Shown here in pieces: positions 1-12,855 of a stretch of DNA of 64,000 nucleotides. This stretch comes from Oopsacas minuta (taxonomy: Eukaryota; Animalia; Porifera): NCBI GenBank assembly GCA_024704765.1, contig JAKMXF010000077.1, forward strand, positions 770,516 to 834,515. Direction: 5' to 3'. Position numbers and translations under genes: made by a program. Numbering within the stretch: the first letter of the stretch is position 1; each line of letters starts with the position of its first letter. The notes under the pieces were generated by a model. That model was given only the letters and a program-made list of their open reading frames with translations. It was not told where the DNA came from and did not search any database.

Positions 1-149
1 GTGCTTTAGAACATATGTGTTCAGGAGATTTAGTTAATATATGGATATATCAAAGAATAATGAGTTAAATTACAAATAATCGGAATGTTTACATACATTG
101 CTAAAAATAATAATCAAATACTAGGCTATAAATCAGAGATGCAGCGATA

Positions 150-480
150 TGGAATGGACGGTGGGCCAGACAGGACCGTCGGTTTCAGGTCGATCTGGTC
201 CGATTTTCATCAAATTCGGTATAGATCGGTCCGAATTAGCGACCTAACGGTGCTGACCGAATTTAATACTGAGTCATTATACAAATGTATAGTCGCTTAC
301 TAGCCAATGTCTCTGGTTTTTTGAACATTTGTTGACTATTGAGGGTAATGTCCTGCCCAAACCTTAAGGTGGCTTTACAGGATAAGAGAATTATTATATC
401 GATCAAGACCGGTCCAAGATTATGATTGTGCGGTCTGGACCGGTCCGGACCCCATAAATATCTGTACATTGACTTCACTG
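150..480. mobile_element. Probable terminal region of a hAT-like element or MITE; the other end is outside the window
   Basis: Dense cluster of GGTCC/GGACC/GACCG subterminal-type motifs ending in ...ACATTGACTTCACTG (a CAGTG-type terminus on the - strand). No partner TIR was seen. Confidence 0.4.
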
Positions 481-1262
481 GGCCATATTTGACTCATAAA
501 TATTTGTGAATACACTACACCTAAGTCATATTCCCATAAATTCTTGTCAATTCACTTCACTGGGGTGATTTTTGACACGTCCAAAATGAAATAAATGACG
601 GTCTGGCCCATGAATTAGCCCGATCGCTGCACCACTTAAAAATAAAATTTTCGAAAAATGGGACAAAATATCCCCAAATTGGATTTAAGGATTTCAGATA
701 AAAGTGCAGATGCAAGATGTCAATTCAATTTGGATGAAAATGTCATTCTTACTATAATAAGAATGACAATCTGACATACTATAAGTATTAATGAATCTAA
801 ACAAGAGTTGGTACCGGGTTTGCATAGTATTCCAAGTACCGAAAAACAATATATAGTAGTGAAAAGAATAAATGAAGTCTTAAGTAAAGTACTAGCGACC
901 CTTGTATTATTAAAAGCAATTGAAGTATAAGATACGAAAGAATGTATCAATATTCGGAAGGAGTCCAGATGATAGAGAGTTTCAAGTATTAATTGAAAGT
1001 AAAATGGATAATCACAAAATGAAAAATGAAGATGCTAGAAGGCCGTTGAAGATGAAAAATTTTACAACAAAATTGATATTGCAAAATACATCCAAATCTC
1101 AACTATCGATAGCATTACAACAACTGAAATCAAATAGTATTTAGGACAAGAAACATGAATCTGAACTGAGCATACTTCATCCGCTTCACTCCCACTACTC
1201 ATATAAATTTTAATGAATTTGGGTCCTCGAGTTGTCAATATCTGTCTATGAAGCTAATACTA

Positions 1263-2844
1263 CTTGGGGCATTCAAAAAGTTCTCATCTTTGCATAACAT
1301 CATGACACTACAACAACTTACGTATTTCAACTTTCTACATAAAAATGTTCAAAATACTCCTCTCTACATCTATGCATTGTTTAGCCTTTCAACCTCATTT
1401 CGAAAATGGGTTTCACTCGCCGTTATCCACGGAATTTAGGTCGTGGTAAATTCCATTTCCTAGCTCTTGTTGGTTATGAAATAGCCAGAAATCACAAGGT
1501 GTTTGATCTGGAGAATGCAGAGGATGTTCATCGTTTCAAACCCGATATCCTAATAAATTCCCCAACGTATTTGAAACACAAGGTCTGGCAATATCGTCGA
1601 AATTCTGATTCCTTCAGTTCCTGCACGCGGACGTCGTGTTTGATAGACATTCTCGACTTCTCTCAGGCATTACCTGTGGAAATTCTCTACTGAGTTGTCT
1701 CATTTAGGCTCGAATATTTTGAGCGATTGGCCCATAAACATGAGAAAATCCGGTGTAGAGAACTCTGAAGTACAAACGTACCTTTTCGGGGGGAGAAGAA
1801 CCTTATGGGACCCACGATTTGCTTTGTTACTTACACAGAAGTTCAGGAAATCTAAACCAAGTTTCGTCACCAATAACGATTTATATAACCTTCGGGAATC
1901 ACAATCTCTATATTCTTTAAGCAATTTTTCTTGCATGAAAACCCTCTTTCTCCTTTGCCCCTTTGTGAGGATTTGGTATCCATCGCGCTGAAATCTTAGG
2001 ATATTCGAGAAAATTGTGTAGAAGTATAAATACTTACCGATGAGATGTCCAGGATTAGGGCAATCCCTTCAACGCTCTAATGGGGGTCAATATCCAAAAG
2101 TTCGAGAATTTCAGTGGCAATTTCAGGGCTGGTTGCGGAAATTGGTCTTCCGGTCCGAGGGGCATCTTAAATGATGCAACTATCAGCCTATGATATACGT
2201 GCCCATTTCTCTACAGTGGGATACGCTATAGCTTCCCCATGATAAACGGTGGTGATACCGGCGCAAACTTCATCAAAACACACAGGGTGCCACGACACTT
2301 TGTTCATTCCCTACTTATACATTTTTCTGAATAAATATTTCATTTTGGAGATCATGATGCTGCATTGTTAGTTTGTAATATCTGATAATTTTGTTTCACT
2401 CTAGTTTTGTTTATTGATCATTAGTTTTCGCTCGCCGCCTGGCAAATTGACTTTGTGGGGTTAGTTCGGTTTGAAAATGCCAGGGTGCCAGACACATTGG
2501 CACCATGGCATCACAGCCGCCAGGGTGCTAAGCACCCGCTGCACACCCCAGGTTTACGCTCCTAGGTGGCGAGATCCTCATGTATCTAGACTAGTTTGTC
2601 GCCATGTACGGTACGAATCTTTATGTAGGTCGTTGTTCGGTTTTGCTTGACATGTGTTTTGGAGCCATGAAAATTGACTCTCAAAAATAGGTAGATCAGA
2701 TATATAATAAATAGCTAGAGTGAAATACTCAACGGCATTATATATGTAATCGATGAGATTATAAGGATATACTAAGCATTTCATGTAATCGAGTAAAGTT
2801 TGGCTGGTATAAACTAAGGATGGGAATTTTTTGAATGCCCCTAG
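1263..2844 (-). mobile_element. Mariner-family (DD34D-type) transposon with a degenerate transposase
   Basis: TA-flanked TIRs: CTTGGGGCATTCAAAAAGTTCTCATC at 1263 and GATGGGAATTTTTTGAATGCCCCTAG ending at 2844. The - strand gives frameshifted motifs YIKIR..IHEDL, YPTVEKW, DAPRTGRP, IVIGDETWF and PCDFWLF. Confidence 0.88.
2253..2564. mobile_element. 312-bp insertion splitting the mariner HTH coding region
   Basis: The mariner frame (EDLAT|VYHGEAIAYPTV) is interrupted. GGTGG is duplicated at 2248-2252 and 2565-2569, and the ends are imperfect inverted repeats (ACCGGCGCAAAC / GTTTACGCTCCT). Confidence 0.65.
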
Positions 2845-3286
2845 TACTTAAATCAATATCAATCAGGATAGATAGAGAATGTCAGAATAACTTTAGGTGA
2901 ATAACTTTAGGTGGATAAATTGAAGGTAGACCTAATCCTCTTAGCATTATAATTTTGCGCCACATGTGGTAGAGGTGGCACGAATCAAATATGTGTGCGC
3001 CACTTAAGTTATGAACACAAATGTTGCCGAAATCAACAATATCACCAACTGTGCAAATAATTGCGAGTAAGTTTAGTGAACCTCAAATGATCTTCACAGT
3101 TATCGAACTGTTGTTCGAATATTCCTGTTATGTGCCACTTCTACCACATGTAGCTCAAGCATAAATCATTACACATAGTGGTTCCAATTAATAGTGCCAT
3201 TTTTCAAACATTGAATTAATAGACTAAGCTGTCGGGATAGGTTGTAAATATTTTTTTTTCCTTGCTCCGCTCGGATTTCAAATGCA

Positions 3287-3480
3287 TCAAACAATATATT
3301 CACAATGTACTATGATTATCCAGTCCATATAATGTCCAATTTGTTTGCAGTAATTATCAATTGACCAAATAACATTCATAGGAGGGAATACTGGAGAAGA
3401 TTTCATCGGTACAAATTCAAGAGTGTCAAATTCTAAATCAGCGTATTGAATTACCCCCTTTTGCTGTTTGGAACAACCTC
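3287..3480 (-). CDS. Exon-like ORF encoding a putative cytoplasmic tail with an ITIM-like motif (GCSKQQKGVIQYADLEF...)
   Basis: Acceptor ...AATAATCGTAG at 3481-3483 in phase 1, followed by 64 open codons to TGA at 3287-3289. IQYADL (3434-3451) fits [ILVS]xYxx[LV]. Confidence 0.35.
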
Positions 3481-5659
3481 CTACGATTATTCAAAGGGTA
3501 TATTTTCGGGGAAATACATATCTTGTAAATTATCCATGGTTAATATGAACAATATTTTATTCATAAATATAATATAAATAATTTAAGCTACCGTTAAATT
3601 TAGATAATCAATGAATCCATTTTATATACAGCACTAGAAGTATTGTTTAACAAATAAATATTTAACATCTATGAACTATGGATCGACCGGGGGCACACTT
3701 TTGGCAGGGGCCCTTGTCGATCACTACTAAGAACAATAGAATTATTACCGATGGAATAGGCTATAAAATAATAATTTTGATTTACATTCAGCAAAAAACT
3801 ATAACCAATGTACAAAATCTAGAAGAGTGCAAAGGTGTAGAATTTTTTCTCTTTCGAAAGGTGTGAAAACTTTAGCACCTTCCTTTCATAACTTTTCCTA
3901 TAGTCCAGACAAAGTTAGGCCAGTGTGAAATAGTGGCACTTGGTGTCCGATTGAATAGCAAAAGGAAGAAGCACACCCGGCGACTATCTTCAATATTTCT
4001 CACACCATATATTACCTTAATTCTATCCAGTTTTGGCTCAGGGCTTTCACGAGAAGAAAATATAGGCAACCATTTCAATACCGGGCCACTATACTAAAAT
4101 ATAGTCGGCACAATAAAAGGCTAACAAGTAAACCAGATTTGCTCTAAACAATCCTAAATATTCAGCCTGGAGTAATATAGTCTAATCTGCTATCAGAATT
4201 GCGGCATCTAATATAAATTTTATGCAATTAGATTTTAAATCATTATCTAAATCATTAACTAGATCATCGTTTATATAATGAGTAGAGTGTGGCTGAAAAT
4301 GTATAATTTTAAATTTTCACTAGATTGAATTCGCAAATATTCGCCCTATGCCAGAATAAATATTAGTATATTTAGTGTGTTGAAATACTTTTTGCCCGGT
4401 TAGTGGAGGTGAATATGAATACACCTCATGTACATATAAAAATTTGAGTGCCCATAATTGATTGAACAAACTGGAAGAGACCGAGGCTGATATTTAGCGT
4501 ACAGAGGGAATTTGGGTCTGGCTGGGACAAATTCGAGGCTTGGAAAAAATTTCACAAGTATGATGAAGTTATGCATTAATTGGCACTTTTTTGATATTCG
4601 AAAAATAAAATTATTAGTCACTCCAACACTTAGATACAATATGCAGTAGAATTTGGATAGGAATCTCGGGAAACAAAAATAAGACTTATTAAACGAAGTA
4701 AGCCTGATCCGAATATTTTTTCAATAAGTTTTTGAGAAAATTTAGTATTAACCGAAAGTAGGTCTTATCCGAGCAGTACAGTAAATGGTTGAAATTTAAT
4801 GACAGATATCCTTCAATATGATCCACCTGAGGTCACAATTTTACCAAATGCATACTCATCATTGAATAATTATTATTAAAAGTCTAACACGTGATCTATC
4901 TGGAAGTATTATTTGTGCAACAGTGTAAGTCAATATCAAATAGAGGATCTAGGACTAATTGACAACAGTTGACATGAATAAGTAACCGGTAGACAACTAC
5001 TTGTTAATAGAAAAAGTGTTATTGCAAAATCGCCCTAACTAAAATACGTAAATATTTCACCAAATTTTCAGGTATACGTATAATTCGTATCAAAAATTAT
5101 ATGTCTTCATTAAGAGACGATTTAAAATGTCAATGAGACAGGCGGGTAGTGCACCTCAGGGTATGTGTTTTGGTTCTTCTCAGGGTGGCAAGACCTCATG
5201 ACATCCTGACCCCCTGTGTAGATGCCGCAGTGCACCAGACCCCGACTGATTTTGTGCCCTGGATCTGAGAAATATTTCAGGATATTCAGCATTATTAGTC
5301 CTCTACTGAAATATATGTACAATCCACAAATGCTCTGGAGAAAATTTTAAATAATAATCATGCAATTACTCTCAGTATAACTTTTGAAACGAAATTTCTA
5401 GGATCAAAATTTTTGAAATATGAGCAAAAGGATGTGTGAAAATCTGGACAATCATATGATTACCCACTGAGTGATAGATTTGAAAATGTCAAAATTGGTA
5501 TATACATACTCGATTACCACTGACTAGCAGTTAAAAGGAAATCTCTAGCAGAATTGAATGTATGCAAAAGGTGTGAAATAAGGTTAATTATATGATAAAT
5601 CATGTAGATAAAGATTAGAAATGTCAAAATTGGAATCTACATACTCGATTACCTCTGAC

Positions 5660-5732
5660 CAGAGGCGTAGCTAGGGCCGCTCAACAGGTGCGGCATAGGT
5701 ACGGCATGTGCCGCACCCTGGCTACGCATCTG
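5660..5732. mobile_element. 73-bp hAT-type MITE inserted in a ~130-bp tandem repeat array (about 5400-5800)
   Basis: TIRs CAGAGGCGTAGC / GCTACGCATCTG. The 8-bp flanks are CCTCTGAC and CCCCTGAC (7/8 identical). Confidence 0.75.
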
Positions 5733-6644
5733 CCCCTGACTAGCAGCTAAAACTGAATCTCTAGCATGATTTTGACGAATATGAAAAGGGTGTGAGTTAT
5801 GATTAATCATTTGATAACTGTATGAATTGGTAACATTCAGACTCTCAAAATCTCAAAACGCAATCTACGAATCAACTTCATCTCTAGCTTGGTCTTGAAT
5901 TCAATACATAAAAGTGTGATTAGCCTTTATACACATAATCAAATTCCAACTCACAAATATCGGGTTGGACGGCAACCCGTCACGGAGCGATGTAGCAAGT
6001 GAAGCGCCGTAGTATACATATAAACACAAATAATATAAGTTAATTATGTATAAATAGTATAGATACTTTCAAAGTATTAGAATCCATTTCTGATTATGTT
6101 ACTAAACATGTTAGGTCTATCAGGAGAAGTGAATTATAAATCAATCGTTAGATTTATGTGCCAAAACTCAAAACTGTTTTTATCCATCAATATGAAACTG
6201 TTACCAGCCGACACACTGTATCTAGTATGGAGCTGTAACAACCTCGTTCCCTGAAATGATTAGAATTAATCGAAAAAACATTCCCAAGTAACTCAGGAAT
6301 GTATTAACAGTCAAAAATTTCAACTATTTCAAACAACAACATTATATTATATTATGGAACCATGAAAGAATTCTCAATATGTGACTCAGGTTGGGCCTTT
6401 TAATTAAGAGTTTCCTAATTTCCTTCCAAATCCCAGCCTGGAGTTTATTATAAAGTTGTTCATAATAATAAACGTTATCGAGTATATGTGTCAACTGAGA
6501 ATTATGAATAGGGAATATCTTCCACAGATATCATATTGGACACTCATTACGAAATTATCTATCTTCCTGACATTCATTTTTATTTAGATAAAAGTCCTGT
6601 ACTACTAAGTTGTCGGAAAAGCAGAAAAAAGTACAAAATGATAC

Positions 6645-6899
6645 CTGTTGGGATCAAACGAATGGAAATTGACTGGAAAATATCATTATGACAAGAATAA
6701 AGTCCACCATCATGGAAGGAAAAAAAATTAAAATGAAGAGTGTCATCAGAAGAATACTCTTCACTATCTTTTAACCATTCTGAAAAATGACTAATCTGAC
6801 ATTGTAGTGAAAGGTTAACTGTTGAAACTTGAATGTTCAGAGAATCATTTTTTTCAAAAATTGTTAATACATCACTAATATAAACGTAAACCTGTTGTC
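6645..6899 (-). CDS. Immunoglobulin-like domain exon (short C2/I-set type) of an unidentified gene
   Basis: Polypyrimidine acceptor TTTCTTCTCCTTTAG|GA and donor ACAG|GTATCA bound a 255-nt exon that is phase 1 at both ends. Translation contains VNLSLQC...EWLKD...TLHF...DGGLYSC, i.e. the B-strand Cys, C-strand Trp and D-x-G-x-Y-x-C motif. Confidence 0.7.
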
Positions 6900-7727
6900 C
6901 TAAAGGAGAAGAAATAATAAATAGTATATGGGAGATAGAATTCAATACTGAAATACTGCCAACATCAGTTAAATCCAACCCCTCAGAAAATATTAAAATC
7001 TTTCGAGATAGCGAATCTTCGAATTAACGGATGGCTTCCATTAGATTCATTTTCCGAAATTCGGCGAATACCGAGTATGTGGCAATTATATTGAGGGCTA
7101 TGTTCCATCTGCGATTATCTCTATAGTATTTGCGGCATAATTTTGGCCGCTCAATATTTCATAGCTTCACAAATTGTCCAGGTAGATTCAAAACCAACAA
7201 TTTTTTTGGAGAGATCTCTGGATGCACGAAATAGTAAGTAGAAATCGGGGGGCTAATATAATCCATTTTTATCGCACCAATATTTAAAATTTTCAGTTTT
7301 AAATATTTATAATTGAAAACTTGAATATGTTGAATGCAGCAAGACTCATTATTGATTTTCTAGTTACCTGCTAATCAGTGTAAGGATCAGAAACAAGATG
7401 AACAACGGATTTATTGGAGTATAGCTTCAGCCAAAATTTCGTAGAAATTCTTAAATTTGCAGTCAAAATTTGTATTACTTCCACACATTGTATAAAATAA
7501 TATTATTGCATTTTTGGAATCTACACGATGGTCCAGATCCGCAGTGAAGATATCTAAACTAACGGACGTCTGGAACATGTAGTAGCTATTTACATTGAAC
7601 TCCTCACTTAACACCTAAATCTTGTTTGGCTAGAACGGCCAATATTAGTTTCACTCTTGAATTTGCATGAAAATTTGTTGGCCTATTAACTTAGACGGGA
7701 ATAACCCTACAAACGGGTCAATGTGTA

Positions 7728-9073
7728 CAGGGTGTATCATAAATGTTGTCGGGTTCTAGAAAATATCTCAAAACACACAAAAGTGGATCGTTTAAGCTAA
7801 TTAATTATTAATATAATCTCCATCGCATTCTATAACTGATCTAATCCTATTAGGCATACTTGCTACTAAATTTTCTAAAATTTTGGGATCAATGCCCTCC
7901 CAAGCCATTTTACTTGAGAAATTAAATGGTCTAGCTTCGTCACATTCTCCATTTGGCTGATGCTATCTTTCGGAATATACCATAGATTCTCAATTGGATT
8001 GAGGTCGGGCGAGTTTCCTGGCCACTCTTCTTTCATCCAAAACTGTGGGAAATTCTTTTCACACAAGGACTGAGTCAAATTTGCAGCGTGTCTGGAGCAC
8101 CATCCTGCATAAAAATAAAACCTGGACATATCTGAGACCATTGATCGCTGTAAAATTGTCCCATTTTTCTGAGTCGCGTATTATAGCATCCTTACAAGTT
8201 TTATTCAAAATATAGTTCAGATAGTAGCAACCATTTATTGTCTGTTTTGGGGGCACTATATGGAGTTTAGAGACAGCTCAATGGGACATCATGCCCCAGG
8301 CATGAATTTTCCCTGGAAATTAAACTTGAACGCAAGGTTCAACATTGTCTGAAATTTTAGCCCATACCCGGTCGTTCTGTTGGTTTGGAGTATTGAACAA
8401 TTGAAAAGGTGCTTCATAGACGACAATACCTATTTGCAATCTTCGACAGTCCATTCTTTGCGAGATTCTGCAAATTTGAGTCATTTTTCCATCATTTTCT
8501 CAGGCAATCGCGGCCTTTTAGACCTTTGGTGAGATTTCGCGCCAATATTATCCCAAAGATAACAATGAACAGTCGAATGCGATATATGATAGCTCCTTGG
8601 GGTCACTATTTCAGCGAATTTCCTAGTAAATTTGCATCTTTTGCCGAGAGATTTCGAAATTATAATTTTGGCGGCCTTTTGAACACTTGAATTCATCCCA
8701 GGATGTGCTTCAGTTTTTTTGAGATTTTCTGAGCTTCTGCTTGCGCCACCACCGTTTGATTGATCCCAAACTAACTTGGAGCTTTATAGCTACGTCTTTC
8801 TGGGTCATTCCAGCACTTAGCATGCCAATAGCTTGATTACGGATTTCCAAACCATGGTCTCTGACATTCATTTTCCGAATATATTAAGGAGCGTCAATGT
8901 GGAAAATTTTCTAAGAAATATGATCAGCCCAAGGTAGTTAAGTATTGTTTTTGATAGCATTAACATAATACTTTTCGATACTGCATAATAAATTGAATTC
9001 TAATTAAGGTTGTAGTACAATCCGTTACTATATGTATATTGCTACTACCCGACAACATTTATGATACTCCCTG
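7728..9073 (-). mobile_element. Tc1-family transposon with complete ends and a frameshifted transposase (ATG near 8871)
   Basis: TA|CAGGGTGTATCATAAATGTTGTCGGGT ... ACCCGACAACATTTATGATACTCCCTG|TA. It carries an N-terminal HTH (RNQAIGMLSAGMTQKDVA) and WPGNSPDLNPIENLW. Confidence 0.92.
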
Positions 9074-10774
9074 TAAAATTTATTAAGCTAATCAATAGTT
9101 GTCGAATATATTCCCAGAAAATTGGTCGAAATAGTTCAGTCAATCCCTTTATTTCTATATAAGCGGATTTCCATATAACTCAAAGTTTGTCAAATGGCCA
9201 TTTTTGGCGAAATATGCATTTGCAAGATGCATCATAAATAGACTTTTCAAATATAGTAAACAGGCATTGTAGATTTCAAATATATCATAGATACTTATTC
9301 TCTAGCATATCTGGATATGTAACTATGGCATAATCAGGTGATGGCCTTGGACGTTGTCCGGAGGTCAGACTACCTTCTGATTGTTGGTTGATGTATTTCA
9401 ATCGATATGGAATTCATTGATTTTTATCGCATTTATTAAGATCAGTGATTCTAATCACTGATTGTGTATTTTGCTCCCAATTCTTAGTGTAGTAGGAACT
9501 TTTGCGTGGGATTAGTGTCAGCATTGATCCTGGATGTTATCCAGATGTCTGACTACCTAATGACGGTTGGTCAAAGTCTGTACAAATGCATATAGCTTGT
9601 TTGACAAATGCGATTTATTCTCTGTCAAACAGATGCGTCTTAAATGAAATAATCCATGGATAAGATAATTTTAGAGATAATATATTTGTGATACAAAAGT
9701 TGGCTTATTCTTGAGTTACAGTAGAGAAGATAGAAAACAGGCTTTATGACTTGTGTGTGTGTCCGCGCGTTTCTCAGAGATCCCTGGACCGATTCGAAGC
9801 AAATTTTGTGTGTTGACTAAGTAGTACGTAACCTTCCAATTAAGAGTTATTTTTCGAAAACCATTTTTGGAGAAGATATGTGAATTTTTTCACACCTCGC
9901 TCATATAAAACACTGCATTTTGGAGGAATCTGATTGATCAACGTTGGCCAATCAGGTTCCTCCCTTCGTATAATATAAAAAGGGCTGGGATTTTGTTCAA
10001 TCAGATTCTACCATTACAATTGTTACTATTCACAGATTATTAATCTAGTGGAGTAATGCGAGAAAGTGATACCCAACTTCTCCAAAAAGGACCATTTTCC
10101 TAGAACACTTTTCACATAAAACTTTCGTGCATAACACCCGAAGGGCGCTTTTGAGCTATCTATATATAAACCAAATTAATTACTTTAGTATAAATAATGA
10201 AAAAAATAACTACGCTTGAAGAATTAACGTATTGCAATGCAGGGGCAGTAGCCATGAAAATACAAGGGATCCGGTTTAAGACAGCACAAACAAGACAAAG
10301 TAGTCAGGTTAACTCGATTTGTACAAGCTTTAATGATGCTTCTAGAACTCTATACATTTCACATACACAGAAATTCCTAGACTAATTAAACATTTCCTAA
10401 CAGTGATATTACTAATCAATTTAATTACAATCATCATTACATACGTTACATCCTTTCAATGCATACTAATTTAGAGCTTTTTTTGTAGCCTTTTCTCATC
10501 AAATATGCGGATCAGTTCTAGCGTTTCATTCTCGAATATTCTGATATCTAACTTGGTTATATTTTTACGATTATCAAACTTATCTTGAAACTTTAAAATT
10601 GTAGAATTAAAATTGAAAACAGTTGACAACCTGTTGTATATTGTATATATCTGCTGTTAGATCTAAGGACTCCGAATATTTTAATTTAATTCACTCCTCA
10701 AAAAATTTTGTTTTCATATTGTTGTATTTAAATGACTTAATTGTAACCCATTTAACTTTACTAATTAGCATAAA

Positions 10775-12553
10775 ATGAACAACGAAAAAGCATTTGTTAT
10801 TAAAAAAGCGCAACAAAAACAATAGTATTAGTTCAATCTCTAAAGAATTTGTTGCAAAATTTACTCGCAACGATTCTCAGTATGATGAAATACTTCTAAT
10901 ATTTCTAAGCTGAGCCTCGAAATAAGAGATTTCGTAAGAAACAAGAGCTTGGAGATTTGGAATGAATCACTCTTTTACCAACCCCCAAACATATAAGAGG
11001 CGATTGTATATCCACAAAAGCACGAAGTGAGCTTAATCCCATCTATTCAGAGTACACTTACCTTCAAAGAAGATGTCAATCGTGTGCCATATAAGCCTAT
11101 TGATGAATTGCCAACCAAGGGCTTAAGTATTCGGTTATATTCATTAATGTCGCACCTTAGAACCGTTGCTGAAAAAGAACATGTTGCTCCTAAAACCATC
11201 GCTTCTTGCTTGTTGATGTTGATTTCGAAAGAAGAACGCGATTTCTCAAGTTCAAAGGTATGAAAGGAGATTATTGCCAAAGGTAACTACAACTCAATAT
11301 GTAATACACTCTCTTATGATAATGCAGCGCATTTGATGGATTTATTAGAGATTGGTAAAATTCACTACATTGAATTGCTCCATATATTATTAACTGAGGG
11401 ATTTAAACTTCCAGGATATAATCATCTCACCATTCACCATGCACACATATCTCACAGCCGAGGTTCACTTAGTTAAACGAGATTATCCAATAGGTGTTGG
11501 GATATCTTATCAAAAATCCCTTACTTCTACAGTAGATAGAATTCTTTCTAACGTAAATCAAGTCCGATATCCTGTAGATATACGAATATTAGACGGACTC
11601 GATGGCTTAGGTTGTCACTGAATATATCAACAAGTTATGCATCATCCTGATCTTATTACTAAAAACATTCTCCTGTTTGGTTTTAAGGTATTAAGGATTA
11701 ATTCAGAGGATGGAGTTTCAATTTGGACGAATCTAGTCCCAAATTCACCCTTTTCTTTGCGTCCACTTACAATTCTTACCCTCCTGAAAATCTAGACCAC
11801 GTTCAATATACCATGGATTATATGATTAATGAGGAGACAGCGCTTAAGGAACAAAATGGTCTGAAGTTGAGTAATGGTCATGGAAATGTTAGAATTATTA
11901 GACCCATATTTGACACTAAAATGGCTCGCATGTTTAGTGGAGCAGGAAGTGCTAATTGCCATCTATGTACTGCCAACTTTAAGCAAATTCATTACTTTGG
12001 AATTGGTCGAGGCAAGATTTCCAATTACCAGAACTATACATAATGCGAGAATCTTGTTCGAAGAATTAGACGAGGAAGAATTTCTTGCACCTAAACCTGA
12101 GCTAAAATTTAATATCACCATTAAGCTAACTTCAGATAAAGATATTGTTTCAGATTCTCCTCTACATGCTTGTCTTAGATGTATCGCATGATTTTTAAAT
12201 CTAGTCATCTACTTGGCTACAGAAGAGACTGATAAATGGTCCCCTTCTTCAACCAACGTTGCAGAGTCCAAGAAGCTTGTAGTCAGTCTAATACAAGACA
12301 AATTGAACATACTTATCGATGTTCCATCTACACAAGGGGGCACATCACTACAGGAAATGTAGCACTGATTTATTTGAAGAGACTAGACGATAGTGACAAA
12401 GATTTTCTCTATTGGGTTTTGACAATCATTGCACTTGATTATCATACGGCAGTCACTGATATTAATAACAACCTTGGTGCGATATTACGAGTCTTCAATT
12501 GCAATAAGATAATTGACACAAAAGAACTAGAAATTGCTGGTAGAGTTTCATAG
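10775..12553 (+). pseudogene. Transib/RAG1-core-like DDE transposase pseudogene, C-terminally truncated
   Basis: Motifs appear in order across frameshifts: LDGLDGLGCH (11592-11618), LLFGFKVL..IWTNLVPNSP..RP, FDTKMARMFSGAGSANCHLC (11909-11968), SPLHACLR (about 12160) and GGTS/TTGNVA (about 12340). The terminal HxxxH and catalytic Glu region is absent. Confidence 0.75.
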
Positions 12554-12855
12554 ATTGATTTTAGATTCTAAATCATCAAGAATTTTGCCTATATTTTTTC
12601 TGATCAGCTATATTGTTACAAATACCTCATCGATTCTCATGATTATTTCGTTTGCTGCCCCAATATTCAAATGGTACTAAATAGTGGAAAATTGTGTAGC
12701 CAAATGTCAATATCCGCCTGTATCTGTTGATCGTGTTGTCAAAATAAATCTAGATAATTGTCTCAATCAAATACATTTGATACTTTGTGTTTCTTTAGTT
12801 TAGTAAATAATCGAAATATGTTCGAATATCTTAACGGGCTATGGATAAGATTCAA

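Noticed and set aside
7368-7410. Signal-peptide-like segment (PLFILFLILTLIS) with a donor site, as leader exon of the Ig gene
   Set aside because: There is no in-frame ATG (a stop lies just upstream), and the donor is phase 2, incompatible with the phase-1 Ig exon.
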